A stretch of DNA of 62,731 nucleotides from NCBI GenBank assembly GCA_028820405.1, contig JAPPJI010000001.1, forward strand, positions 1-62,731, written 5' to 3'. The position numbers and the translations under genes are program-made. Of this stretch, positions 1-8,517 are shown one piece after another. The notes under the pieces were generated by a model, which was not told the origin of the DNA, did no database searches, and saw only the letters and a program-made list of their open reading frames with translations. Position 1 is the first letter of the stretch; each line of letters starts with the position of its first letter. The DNA is from Candidatus Kaiserbacteria bacterium (GTDB taxonomy: Bacteria; Patescibacteriota; Minisyncoccia; Phycocordibacterales; JABAAK01).

Positions 1-1979
1 GCAACCTCACTCCCCATGAGCATATCAAACGTTCTGTTCGCCTGTTCTGCATCTGCAACAGACACTCGTTTTAACATGCGGTTTTCCGGTTTCATCGTTG
101 TCTCTTGCAACTCTTCATAGTTCATCTCCCCCAGCCCTTTATACCGCTGCACAAAGAGCCCCGCAGGCTGACCGTCAGCTCCCTTCTTCACTCCTTTTGC
201 GATGGTGGCAATGATCTGATCTCGTTCCTGGTCAGAGAACGCGTAATGTGATTCCCTCCCCTTCTTCACCTTGTATAGCGGTGGTTGGGCAAAGTAGACA
301 TTCCCGTTATCAATGAGCTGTCGGAAGTAGCGGAAAAAGAGGGTGAGGATGAGGGTGCGGATGTGTGCCCCGTCAACATCAGCATCGGTAGCGATGATTA
401 CCTTGCCATATCGGAGTTTTGACGGGTCAAACGCTTCACCGACGGATGTTCCGAGTGCGATGATGAGTGACTTCACCTCTTCCGATGTCATCACTTTATC
501 AATCCGAACCCGTTCCACGTTGAGAATCTTCCCTTTCAGCGGAAGCACTGCCTGTGTTCGTCGGTCTCGACCTTGCTTTGCCGTCCCGCCGGCTGATTCA
601 CCCTCGACGATAAAGAGTTCAGACTCGTCCCTGTTTTTCGACTGGCAGTCAGCAAGCTTGCCGGGTAGGGTCATGCCGTCAAGCGCACCTTTTCTGAGAA
701 TACTGTCCTTTGCGGCTCGGGCTGCCTTTCGGGCTTCAAGGGCAAGGAGCACTTTGGAAACAATAGCACGCCCGTCGGACGGGTGCTCTTCAAGGAATGC
801 CTTGAACGCGTCGTTGAAAACCGTCTCAACCGCAGAGCGTGCTTCAACGCTGCCGAGCTTTGCTTTCGTCTGACCTTCAAATTGAATCTCCGGCAGGGTG
901 ACAGAGATGATGGCGGTGATACCTTCAAGGACATCATCACCGGTGAACTTGTCGTCATCCTTCACCAGCCCTTTGTCCTTCGCGTACGCGTTGAGGGTTC
1001 GTGTCAGTGCTGTCTTGAAACCGGTGACGTGGGTACCGCCTTCCGGGTTCGGAATCGTGTTACCGAATGCAAATACCCGTTGGGAAATGTCATCAACGTA
1101 CTGCAGGGCGATAAAGACACCGGTGTCACCAACCTCACGATTCGTCGAAAAAATAGTATTGTGAATCGGTTTTTGTGTGTTGTTATGGTATCGGACAAAT
1201 GATGAGAGGCCGCCGTCGTAGAAGAAGGAGTAGGTTGGTGCGTTTGGAAATCGTTCGCGTGTATAAAAAACATCTTCGGGGATAGTGCCGATGTCAATGG
1301 TGCGTGCGTCAATAATGCGGACATGCATTGATTGAACAAGAAATGTTTGATTTCTGATATGCTCTTTGATTCGTTCCGGGTCAAATACCGGCTCGTTAAA
1401 ATCAATACCGCTGAACACGGTTTCATCCGGACGGAAGGTAACAACGGTTCCTTGGTGCTCTGTCTTTCCGAGTTCTTGCAGTTTTGTCGCCGGCTTCCCC
1501 AGGTGGTATTCCTGACGGAAGAGCGAACCCTCGCGGTGCACCGAAGCGGATACCTCTTTCGAGAGTGCGTTTACAACAGAGACACCGACACCGTGCAGAC
1601 CGCCGGAGACACGGTACCCTTCACCGCCAAACTTTCCTCCCGCATGCAAAGTGGTCATAATTGTCTCGAGTGCGGAGACCTTCGTCTTTGGGTGTATGTC
1701 AACCGGAATGCCGCGACCGTTATCAACAATTCGAACCACATTGTCCGGGAGCAATGCTATCTCAACTTCACTGCCGTGTCCTCCCATCACCTCATCCCGA
1801 GAGTTATCGAACACTTCCCAGATGAGATGGTAGAGACCGTCGATACCAGTTGTTCCGATGTACATTCCCGGTCTTCGGCGAACCGCTTCCAGACCTTCAA
1901 GGACCGTAATATCACTTGCGGTGTACCCTGATTTTTTTGCAGACCTTTTTTTTGCAGGTTGTTTTTTCCCGGTTGCCAT
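1..1979 (-). CDS. gyrB: DNA gyrase subunit B (C-terminus cut by left window edge)
   Basis: Not in the supplied ORF track because the frame has no stop inside the window. Manual minus-strand translation from ATG 1979..1977 gives MATGKKQPAKK...YTASDITVLEGLEAVRRRPGMYIGTT...GLHGVGVSVVNALS...FIVEGESAGGTAKQGRDRRTQAVLPLKGKILNVE...IATDADVDGAHIRTL...YKGLGEMN. The frame stays open to position 1. Confidence 0.9.
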   Translation of the reverse strand, partial: MATGKKQPAKKRSAKKSGYTASDITVLEGLEAVRRRPGMYIGTTGIDGLYHLIWEVFDNSRDEVMGGHGSEVEIALLPDNVVRIVDNGRGIPVDIHPKTKVSALETIMTTLHAGGKFGGEGYRVSGGLHGVGVSVVNALSKEVSASVHREGSLFRQEYHLGKPATKLQELGKTEHQGTVVTFRPDETVFSGIDFNEPVFDPERIKEHIRNQTFLVQSMHVRIIDARTIDIGTIPEDVFYTRERFPNAPTYSFFYDGGLSSFVRYHNNTQKPIHNTIFSTNREVGDTGVFIALQYVDDISQRVFAFGNTIPNPEGGTHVTGFKTALTRTLNAYAKDKGLVKDDDKFTGDDVLEGITAIISVTLPEIQFEGQTKAKLGSVEARSAVETVFNDAFKAFLEEHPSDGRAIVSKVLLALEARKAARAAKDSILRKGALDGMTLPGKLADCQSKNRDESELFIVEGESAGGTAKQGRDRRTQAVLPLKGKILNVERVRIDKVMTSEEVKSLIIALGTSVGEAFDPSKLRYGKVIIATDADVDGAHIRTLILTLFFRYFRQLIDNGNVYFAQPPLYKVKKGRESHYAFSDQERDQIIATIAKGVKKGADGQPAGLFVQRYKGLGEMNYEELQETTMKPENRMLKRVSVADAEQANRTFDMLMGSEV

Positions 1980-1999
1980 ACCCTTTGAATATCACCTCC

Positions 2000-2008
2000 A
2001 GTATACCA
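2000..2008 (-). promoter_or_regulatory. extended -10 element TGgTATACT upstream of gyrB (20 nt before ATG)
   Basis: The reverse complement of 2000..2008 reads TGGTATACT. It belongs to the same motif family seen before many genes in this window. Confidence 0.4.
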
Positions 2009-2049
2009 CAGAGGTACACCGCAAATCGGTTGACACTTCCCCTCTTCCG

Positions 2050-2202
2050 TTACTTGCTCTCCTTATACACAACGTGTTTTCGAAGCTTTCGGTCATACTT
2101 TTTCAACGTCAATGGATCGGGGTTCTGTTTCCGATTTTTTCTCGTGTGGTACACGTTTCCCGTCTCCTTGTTTTTCATCGTGACGATGTGATCTTGTGAC
2201 AT
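2050..2202 (-). CDS. rpmG: 50S ribosomal protein L33
   Basis: C-terminal part of track ORF 2050..2562. Starting at ATG 2202 gives MSQDHIVTMKNKETGNVYHTRKNRKQNPDPLTLKKYDRKLRKHVVYKESK, with typical L33 length and the KKY..R..KH...KE.K ending. Confidence 0.85.
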   Translation of the reverse strand: MSQDHIVTMKNKETGNVYHTRKNRKQNPDPLTLKKYDRKLRKHVVYKESK

Positions 2203-2239
2203 GGTGACATGATACACCACGGGATAAAAAAAAGACAAA

Positions 2240-2953
2240 TTATGACCACTTTCGATACAGTGTATACAAAATCGCACAGAGTTCGACGGCGATGATGGTG
2301 AGAACAGCAGCAATCCAGACGAGGATGGTGTTGATTTCCCGACCTGACCCTGTCGAAGCAGGGATTTGTTGCGTAGGCGGACATGACTCATCCACCTCAT
2401 TCTTTTGTGTAAGTGGCGGCAGTGTTGCCGATTGCTCCGGTGCACGAAAATGAGGTATCGGGTTGGTTGCAAGGGCTCCCGGTGTCGCGGGTGCTGCAAC
2501 GAACAGTCCGTCCATGTTGTGCAGCGATGCACCGGTGTTGTCAGACCGGCTGTCTGATTCATAGGTCGTCACGTCTCCATGAATGTCTCCGCTCATTGCA
2601 CGGATAGTGCCGTATTGATCGAGAGAGAATGATGAAAGGAACAGGGGTCCGAAATATTCCGGATAGTCGGCGAGGAAACGGTCTTTGTCTTGCACGATGA
2701 CTGATGCCTTTCGGGGAGGAAGAAACCCGGTTCCTGTTGACGATATTGAATGGGAAATGCCGTTCACGACGATTTGTATTGAGTCGGCAGAAATATCACC
2801 ACCTTCATTGTGTGCGATTTCAATCCATTCGTATCCCGTATCGTCTGCGGGCGGGTTGTACATAACTTCTGTTATGACAAACGAAGCAGATGCTATATGC
2901 GGCAAGAACGTGGTGATAAGGAGCGGTGTGAGACGATACCAGGTTGTTAGCAT
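2240..2953 (-). CDS. secreted lamin-tail-domain (LTD) protein with C-terminal membrane anchor
   Basis: N-terminal signal-like segment. LTD-like core FVITEVMYNPPADDTGYEWIEIAHNEGGD...NTGASLH...APATPGA. C-terminal hydrophobic helix ILVWIAAVLTIIAVELCAILYTLY. Its ATG directly abuts the TAG stop of the upstream gene (2954). Confidence 0.65.
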   Translation of the reverse strand: MLTTWYRLTPLLITTFLPHIASASFVITEVMYNPPADDTGYEWIEIAHNEGGDISADSIQIVVNGISHSISSTGTGFLPPRKASVIVQDKDRFLADYPEYFGPLFLSSFSLDQYGTIRAMSGDIHGDVTTYESDSRSDNTGASLHNMDGLFVAAPATPGALATNPIPHFRAPEQSATLPPLTQKNEVDESCPPTQQIPASTGSGREINTILVWIAAVLTIIAVELCAILYTLYRKWS

Positions 2954-5305
2954 CTACTGACGAACAGTAATTTTCGGCAACTTCAGAATGTCGCCGGTGT
3001 TTCCGGCTGTGTCGGTAACAGAGATAGTGCAGTCAGTGTAGGTGCCGTTGTCGAGTCGATACAGAACGCCGTGTCCGCCGTTCCGCACAATGAACGGAAG
3101 GAGTCCTTCACCGCAGGATCCTCCGTACGTCACCCGCAGCCAGTCACCCATCTGTATGCCGGCAACGCGAACAGGGATGATGACCGGTGCTTCTCCTGAG
3201 AAAGTGATCTCCGTGTTAGTGATACCATTCATGATCGTTGGCGGTGTTGTGTTTCGGACGATGACAATGTCATCTCTCGGATCATTTTCTTGCCCTCCTT
3301 CGTCACGGACACGAAGTGCAAGTGCCACCCGGTTATCACGAGTCATACCGTCTGACTGTCGGGAAAATCGTAGGGTATAGTCTGCACGAACAGAGCCGTT
3401 CGGTCTGTTTTGTATGACAGGATCGCTGACTCGTAGTGCACTGTTCTGTGTGGACGGCGTCAGGGTGAGACCGTATTGCGAGACAACCGTGTCATCGGTG
3501 TACTGTGTCACGTCGTCAGAAATAATGAAAGTTGCCCGGGCAGTGTCTGTTGTTATAAAGAAGAGGTTTTTCCCGGACGGTACCGTTCGCCCGTTAATAT
3601 GGGTGACGGCAATAACGGGTCGTGTACCGGGCAGTCCGGAAGCCGTTGCTAGTGTAGGATCTTCAGCAACCTGTTGGTGCGTAACGTGCTGTGTCCCTGG
3701 TGTTGGAGGACCGGGGAATAGGTCATCCTCAAGGATATGCAGTGTCATGCCGTCTTTCTTTGCTCCGTCACTGCTGCTGTACGTTACCGTGTCGAGAATC
3801 TGCCCTGTCTCTGTCACCTGCAGTGAAAGCGTGTCTCCGGAATCAAGGAGTGACATTGGTGAACGGAATAGCGGACCGCTGTAATCCGGGAAGTCAGATG
3901 AAAATGCCTCCGGCTTCTTTGCGATGATGGCTGATGATTGAGATGCGACCAATGTTGATCCCTCTCGGTGCGTGATTGTTCGAGAGCGGTCTCCGTCAAT
4001 AAGGGTGAGGAAGGTGAGGTCAAGCGGTGCATCGCCGTCATTGGTTACCTCAATCCACTCTGTTGTGATACCTGCAGAGGTTGAGTAGGAGATTTCGCTA
4101 ATATGTGCCGCGAGAGGGCCGGTTTCAATAACTGCAACGTTACCTCCTTCACTCGGTGACAGTACGTATGTCGTATTTCCTGCCAGGTCAGAGACGGTGA
4201 CACAAAGGGGTTGTATTTGTTCGGTTTCGGAAAGATCAATGCGGGCTGAAGAGAAGACAGGGGGTATGGAACGCGTGTGCTCCGTTGACGATAGTGCCTG
4301 GTATCCTTCAGCATCACACGTGCCATCGTCAAGCACCTTATACCGCACCGTTTGGACAAGGTGGTCTTCTTCAATGGAGATTTCAATACTTGTTTCCTGC
4401 CGTGAGACGGAAAGAATCGGCGGTGTTGTGTCGATAATAACCGTCTTGCCGTGGTGTACTATCTCCCCTTCCGCAACGGAATCGCTTTCTGATTCAACGG
4501 AAAAAGTGGGAGTTCCTGTTTCGTCATCTTCTTGAACAATGTAGGTGAATACCTGTTGCACGTCATCACTCTCTGGTGATTCGATGAAATTTCGTTGCAA
4601 TCGTTGGTCACCAATGTAGAGGTCAGCGGTGAGCTGCGGGATACGTTCAGTGTGGAAAATTCGTAGTGATATCCCGTCTCCCGCGTCAAGGAACACACCG
4701 CTCGGGGTGTCGTTGCCACCGGTCACCGCTGTTGTGACCGAAGTGACCTGTGGCTGCACCCGATATGACTCAAGCGGGTTTCTCGCAACCTCTCCCGGCG
4801 TTGCAGGTGCAACGACTAATCCATACTCAGTAACGTGGAGTGAAACACCGGTGTTGTTCGCTCGAGGGTCAGAGGTGTAAGACGTTTGATAGATAACCGT
4901 ATTCCCAACAGAGATGGTTATTCGTGGTGTGCCGATATCCGGAAGGTCCATCGTCGCCTGAAAGAGCGGGCCGGTATATTCTTGATACGTATTGCGAAAA
5001 TCATCCGGGTCGGCGGCGATGATTGCGACACCACCGGGGCGAAGTGTTGTCGACGTTGTCTGGTGCGGCATAATCGTACTCGTTTTTTCATCTCCGCCGG
5101 AAGAGACCGTGACAGAGAGTGCCGTCAGGTCAAGTGACTGATTGCTGTTGTTCACCACCTCAACCCATTCACCGCCGTCTCGCGGTGCGTAGAGAACTTC
5201 TGACAACTCAACACTGCTTCCCTGTGCGTAGGTTGGCAAGACGGAGAAGAGAAGACCGACAACAAGTGCCGGTACGAAGGAAAAGATCAAACATATTTTT
5301 TGCAT
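2954..5305 (-). CDS. large secreted multi-domain surface protein with two LTD-like modules
   Basis: 783 aa with an N-terminal signal peptide (MQKICLIFSFVPALVVGLLFSVLPTYAQG). Two LTD-like modules: VELSEVLYAPRDGGEWVEVVNNSNQSLDL...NNTGVSLH...APATPGE and AHISEISYSTSAGITTEWIEVTNDGDAPLDL. The remainder is beta-rich, Ig-like sequence. Confidence 0.65.
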   Translation of the reverse strand: MQKICLIFSFVPALVVGLLFSVLPTYAQGSSVELSEVLYAPRDGGEWVEVVNNSNQSLDLTALSVTVSSGGDEKTSTIMPHQTTSTTLRPGGVAIIAADPDDFRNTYQEYTGPLFQATMDLPDIGTPRITISVGNTVIYQTSYTSDPRANNTGVSLHVTEYGLVVAPATPGEVARNPLESYRVQPQVTSVTTAVTGGNDTPSGVFLDAGDGISLRIFHTERIPQLTADLYIGDQRLQRNFIESPESDDVQQVFTYIVQEDDETGTPTFSVESESDSVAEGEIVHHGKTVIIDTTPPILSVSRQETSIEISIEEDHLVQTVRYKVLDDGTCDAEGYQALSSTEHTRSIPPVFSSARIDLSETEQIQPLCVTVSDLAGNTTYVLSPSEGGNVAVIETGPLAAHISEISYSTSAGITTEWIEVTNDGDAPLDLTFLTLIDGDRSRTITHREGSTLVASQSSAIIAKKPEAFSSDFPDYSGPLFRSPMSLLDSGDTLSLQVTETGQILDTVTYSSSDGAKKDGMTLHILEDDLFPGPPTPGTQHVTHQQVAEDPTLATASGLPGTRPVIAVTHINGRTVPSGKNLFFITTDTARATFIISDDVTQYTDDTVVSQYGLTLTPSTQNSALRVSDPVIQNRPNGSVRADYTLRFSRQSDGMTRDNRVALALRVRDEGGQENDPRDDIVIVRNTTPPTIMNGITNTEITFSGEAPVIIPVRVAGIQMGDWLRVTYGGSCGEGLLPFIVRNGGHGVLYRLDNGTYTDCTISVTDTAGNTGDILKLPKITVRQ

Positions 5306-5314
5306 ACAGTGCCG

Positions 5315-5323
5315 AGTATAACA
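5315..5323 (-). promoter_or_regulatory. extended -10 (TGtTATACT) 9 nt upstream of ATG 5305; predicts a leaderless mRNA
   Basis: The reverse complement of 5315..5323 is TGTTATACT. A 9-nt gap (5306..5314) separates it from the start codon, and there is no SD. Confidence 0.5.
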
Positions 5324-5341
5324 TAAGGCTTTTATTGCGAG

Positions 5342-5497
5342 ATGATGTTTGTGGAATACGGCATACTATGTGCAATGATGAAGTCGGTTCTCTATGCCAT
5401 CTTGTTCTTTGTCGTCATCGTTGCAATAGCGAGCATGTTTGTCATCAACACAGAGTACCGAAACGTGGACGGTGAACGCATTGCGGACGAATCCTAA
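5342..5497 (+). CDS. possible small membrane protein (51 aa; alternative start 5375, 40 aa)
   Basis: Not in the track (below its size cut-off). Translation: MMFVEYGILCAMMKSVLYAILFFVVIVAIASMFVINTEYRNVDGERIADES, with one clear hydrophobic helix. It fills an otherwise empty 188-nt gap. Its stop overlaps the pheT stop by 4 nt (convergent). Confidence 0.3.
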   Translation: MMFVEYGILCAMMKSVLYAILFFVVIVAIASMFVINTEYRNVDGERIADES

Positions 5498-7797
5498 CGA
5501 ACAATAAAACCGCGATCCTCAAGTGCACGGGTCAGGTGTTCCATCGATGCGGTCACCTGCTTGTCATCCAGTGTTTCTGTGTCTGACTGGAAGACGAGTC
5601 GAAACGCATACGACGTTTTTCCGTCTTTTGTAAATTCATCAAAGAGTGACACTTGCCGGAGATATTCGCCGGCATACTCTCGTATGCACTCTTCTGCCGC
5701 GGCAGTATCAGTGTTGTCCGGGACAAAGACGGCGAGGTCGCGAAGCACGAACGGGTATTTTGACGGTGTCTTATATCGGATTGTATCTGAAGCGGTAAAA
5801 GGGGTATCGGTACCCGATAACGGGATGTCTGCAAGCGGAACCTCCCAAACGGATCCGTCAAATCCGCCCGGAATCGGAACCACGTCTCGTACCTCCTGCT
5901 CAACCTGTTTCATGTCTACTGCTTTTCGTCCGAGTGTCGGACAGACACCGAGTGCAATGTGCATAGACATGCCGTCTTCTGAAAATACCGTCCCGACCTC
6001 CATGACACGGACAGTGTCTAATCCGAGGAGGTCGCCGTAGTAAGCGGCTTGTTCAAGGGCTTGTTCAGTGCCGGGTCGCAGCGCTGTCCGCAGACATCCC
6101 TTGTCCTTTGCAACCGGGCGTACAACGCAGAGCGGACTTTTTTTACAAAACGATGAAGTCATTATTTCTGAAAACCCAAGTGTTTGAAGTTTCTGTACTA
6201 CCGCAACGTGTTGAGCATATGTCGGACTAACAGAACCTGGTGGCTGTTGTTCCGGCTCTCGGTCAGAAACCGTGTCATACCCCATGATGCGGCTAATCTC
6301 CTCTATGAGGTCACGTTCATCGCGAAGGTCAGGACGAGTAACGGGGACGGAGACGATGAACCGTTTTTCATCATCAAACAGGCGGCCGACACGAACGGAT
6401 CGGGAGAGGTCAAGCGGCTTTTCAACGACACTATTTGCACCGCCTGACCCTTCCGCTTCAACCGTTGTCTTATGGTCAGTGATAATAACACAGTGACTGA
6501 TCCCTTCCGCTACCGAGCCGTGGACAATGGGAAACCCTGCTTCTTGTACGGATTCAGTCCGAACGGATGCATCCGGGTCATTTGCTTTGGTAAAAATAAT
6601 GTCGCCGGGTTCCGGCTGTTCAACAGGTGCTGCGAAAAGACATTGGTTGATAGACACCCTCGGTATTGATTTTCCGGCCTGTGCTGCCGCCCAGCAGACG
6701 AGTGACGAGCAGTCAAACTGATCGGGGGCGTCTCTCGTGACTGAGGAACCGTAAACATACGGCTTCCCTATCTGTTCACGTATCTTTTTCAAAAACACTT
6801 CCTTGGGGTTTTCATATTGATACGAAAAGTGCAATCGATCAAACACACCCGCGATGTCCTCTTGGGTATATGAAGTCCCCAATATGCTGTTTACCTCACG
6901 GACCGACACGCCGGTGACTCGCTGCTTGCCGACAGGGATTCGCTGACTATCGGCGGAGTCGGTGACGGTGCCGTACTGACTGAAAAAGGCTATCGCATGT
7001 TGTGCGGACTCATCGATAATTTCCGGCGGGAGGTTTTGGGAGAACCGCTGTGATGCATCAGTTGTTCTTCCGATCCGTCTGGTTGTTCGTCGTATGCTCA
7101 GACCGTCGAATACTGCCATTTCTAAATAGATGTCAGTTGTTGTTTCATCTACCTTTGTCGCTTCGCTGCCGATAACGCCGGCAAGTGCGATCACGGTATC
7201 GTTTGCTGCATCGGTGATCACAATGTCTTCAGGTGAAAGCGTAACCGCTTCTCCGTTGAGCGGGGTAAATGGCTCTTGGTCGTGAGCCTGACGAACGGCA
7301 AATGACCCGGACACTTTTTTCGCGTCAAATGCGTGCACAGGGTGACCGATGTCGAAGAGAAAATAGTTGGCAAGGTCTGTGATAGGGTTGATACCTCTCT
7401 GACCAATGCAGCGTAAACGTTCGGCTATTTGGGACGGCGTCTCTTTCAGTGAGAGGTTTTTGACGGTGAGCGTTGCATACCGGTCGCACCGCTCTGTCCG
7501 GATACAGTTTTCTGATGGGTGCGTAAACTGAATTGGTACCGCATCTCTTTTTCGGGAGAGCTGTTGTGAAAGTATCGCACCAAGCTCGTATGCGATGCCT
7601 TGATGTGCAAGGCAGTCAACAGAACGATTCGGCAGGATGTCCAGTTCGTACACCGCTGTTCCGTCTTCCGCCGTCGATACCGCATCAACTTCAAATGCAT
7701 GCCGGTTTAAAAGGTCGGCAATCGTTTGCGGTTCAGGTAACGGTGTGTCGAAGTATGACTGTAGCCATGCATGGCTGAATACTCCCTTCATAGACAA
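5494..7797 (-). CDS. pheT: phenylalanine--tRNA ligase beta subunit, lacking the N-terminal OB (B2) domain and carrying an inserted NlpC/P60-like domain
   Basis: N-terminus HAWLQSYFDTPLP...LLNRHAFEVDAV. B3/B4 region ILPNRSVDCLAHQGIAYELG and GHPVHAFD. B5 region VSVREVNSILGTSYTQEDIAGVFDRLHF ... VSVPVTRPDLRDERDLIEEISRIMGYD. C-terminal FDX-ACB-like KYPFVLRDLAVFV...SYAFRLVFQS. Confidence 0.9.
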   Translation of the reverse strand: MSMKGVFSHAWLQSYFDTPLPEPQTIADLLNRHAFEVDAVSTAEDGTAVYELDILPNRSVDCLAHQGIAYELGAILSQQLSRKRDAVPIQFTHPSENCIRTERCDRYATLTVKNLSLKETPSQIAERLRCIGQRGINPITDLANYFLFDIGHPVHAFDAKKVSGSFAVRQAHDQEPFTPLNGEAVTLSPEDIVITDAANDTVIALAGVIGSEATKVDETTTDIYLEMAVFDGLSIRRTTRRIGRTTDASQRFSQNLPPEIIDESAQHAIAFFSQYGTVTDSADSQRIPVGKQRVTGVSVREVNSILGTSYTQEDIAGVFDRLHFSYQYENPKEVFLKKIREQIGKPYVYGSSVTRDAPDQFDCSSLVCWAAAQAGKSIPRVSINQCLFAAPVEQPEPGDIIFTKANDPDASVRTESVQEAGFPIVHGSVAEGISHCVIITDHKTTVEAEGSGGANSVVEKPLDLSRSVRVGRLFDDEKRFIVSVPVTRPDLRDERDLIEEISRIMGYDTVSDREPEQQPPGSVSPTYAQHVAVVQKLQTLGFSEIMTSSFCKKSPLCVVRPVAKDKGCLRTALRPGTEQALEQAAYYGDLLGLDTVRVMEVGTVFSEDGMSMHIALGVCPTLGRKAVDMKQVEQEVRDVVPIPGGFDGSVWEVPLADIPLSGTDTPFTASDTIRYKTPSKYPFVLRDLAVFVPDNTDTAAAEECIREYAGEYLRQVSLFDEFTKDGKTSYAFRLVFQSDTETLDDKQVTASMEHLTRALEDRGFIVR

Positions 7798-8498
7798 AAC
7801 TGATTAACAACCCGAAGGTCGCCGCTGTACAGGAGGCGTATATCATCAAGACCGTATCGAAGCATTGCAATCCTATCAACGCCGACACCGAATGCAAACC
7901 CTTGGTATCGACGGGCATCAACACCGGCACGGCTGAGTACGTGGCGGTGCACCATGCCACACCCAAGGATCTCCAGCCAGTCGGTATCTTCCGGTCGTTT
8001 GATGTCTACCTCCAGACTCGGTTCGGTAAAGGGGAAGAAGCTCGGTCGATACCGAATGTCAATGGCATTGCCGAAAAGCTGTTGCAGCATGAAGGAGAGT
8101 GTCTGCTGCATGTCAGCAAGCGTCGTGTTTTCGGTGACACAAAAACCTTCCAGTTGGTGAAACTGCACTTCGTGTGTTCTGTCTGTTGCTTCGTTGCGGA
8201 ACACTTTTCCGGGAACGATAACCCGATACGGAGGATCATGCCGCTGCATGTACCGCACCTGCATCGGAGAAGTGTGGGTTCGAAGGAGCTCTCCCTCGTG
8301 CCCGCGAAGCCAGAAGGTATCCCACATTTCTCGTGATGGGTGGTGTTCCGGAATGTTCAGGGCGTCAAAGTTGTACTCCTCCGTTTCCCGCTCCGGACCC
8401 GTTTCAACAGCATAGCCGAGGCTGCGGAATAGGGTCACGAAATCACTTGTCACCAGGGTAATCGGATGCACACCTCCTTTCCGCACAGCAGGTTTCAT
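7788..8498 (-). CDS. pheS: phenylalanine--tRNA ligase alpha subunit (short form, catalytic core only)
   Basis: Motifs HPITLV, FDALNIPEHHPSREMWDTFW, LRTHTSPMQVR, GKVFRNE, FHQLEG and GFAFGVGVDRIAMLRYG. Start placed at ATG 8498 (MKPAVRKGG) because a minus-strand extended -10 lies 7 nt upstream. Track start 8519 is the alternative. The 3' end overlaps the pheT start by 10 nt. Confidence 0.88.
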   Translation of the reverse strand: MKPAVRKGGVHPITLVTSDFVTLFRSLGYAVETGPERETEEYNFDALNIPEHHPSREMWDTFWLRGHEGELLRTHTSPMQVRYMQRHDPPYRVIVPGKVFRNEATDRTHEVQFHQLEGFCVTENTTLADMQQTLSFMLQQLFGNAIDIRYRPSFFPFTEPSLEVDIKRPEDTDWLEILGCGMVHRHVLSRAGVDARRYQGFAFGVGVDRIAMLRYGLDDIRLLYSGDLRVVNQFCL

Positions 8499-8501
8499 AT
8501 G

Positions 8502-8510
8502 TGCCATACT
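8502..8510 (+). promoter_or_regulatory. extended -10-like TGcCATACT, 7 nt upstream of ATG 8518
   Basis: Read directly on the plus strand. It overlaps the minus-strand -10 that serves pheS. Confidence 0.4.
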
Positions 8511-8514
8511 ACCA
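8506..8514 (-). promoter_or_regulatory. extended -10 TGgTAGTAT, 7 nt upstream of pheS ATG 8498
   Basis: The reverse complement of 8506..8514 is TGGTAGTAT. Confidence 0.45.
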
Positions 8515-8517
8515 CAC

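Noticed and set aside
343-1931. Track ORFs 343..873(+), 671..958(-), 783..1202(+), 898..1164(+), 1004..1444(-), 1332..1931(+), 1651..1833(+)
   Set aside because: All lie within the gyrB reading frame, which I translated manually on the minus strand (1..1979) and which has unmistakable gyrase motifs. These ORFs are antisense or out-of-frame shadows with low-complexity translations.
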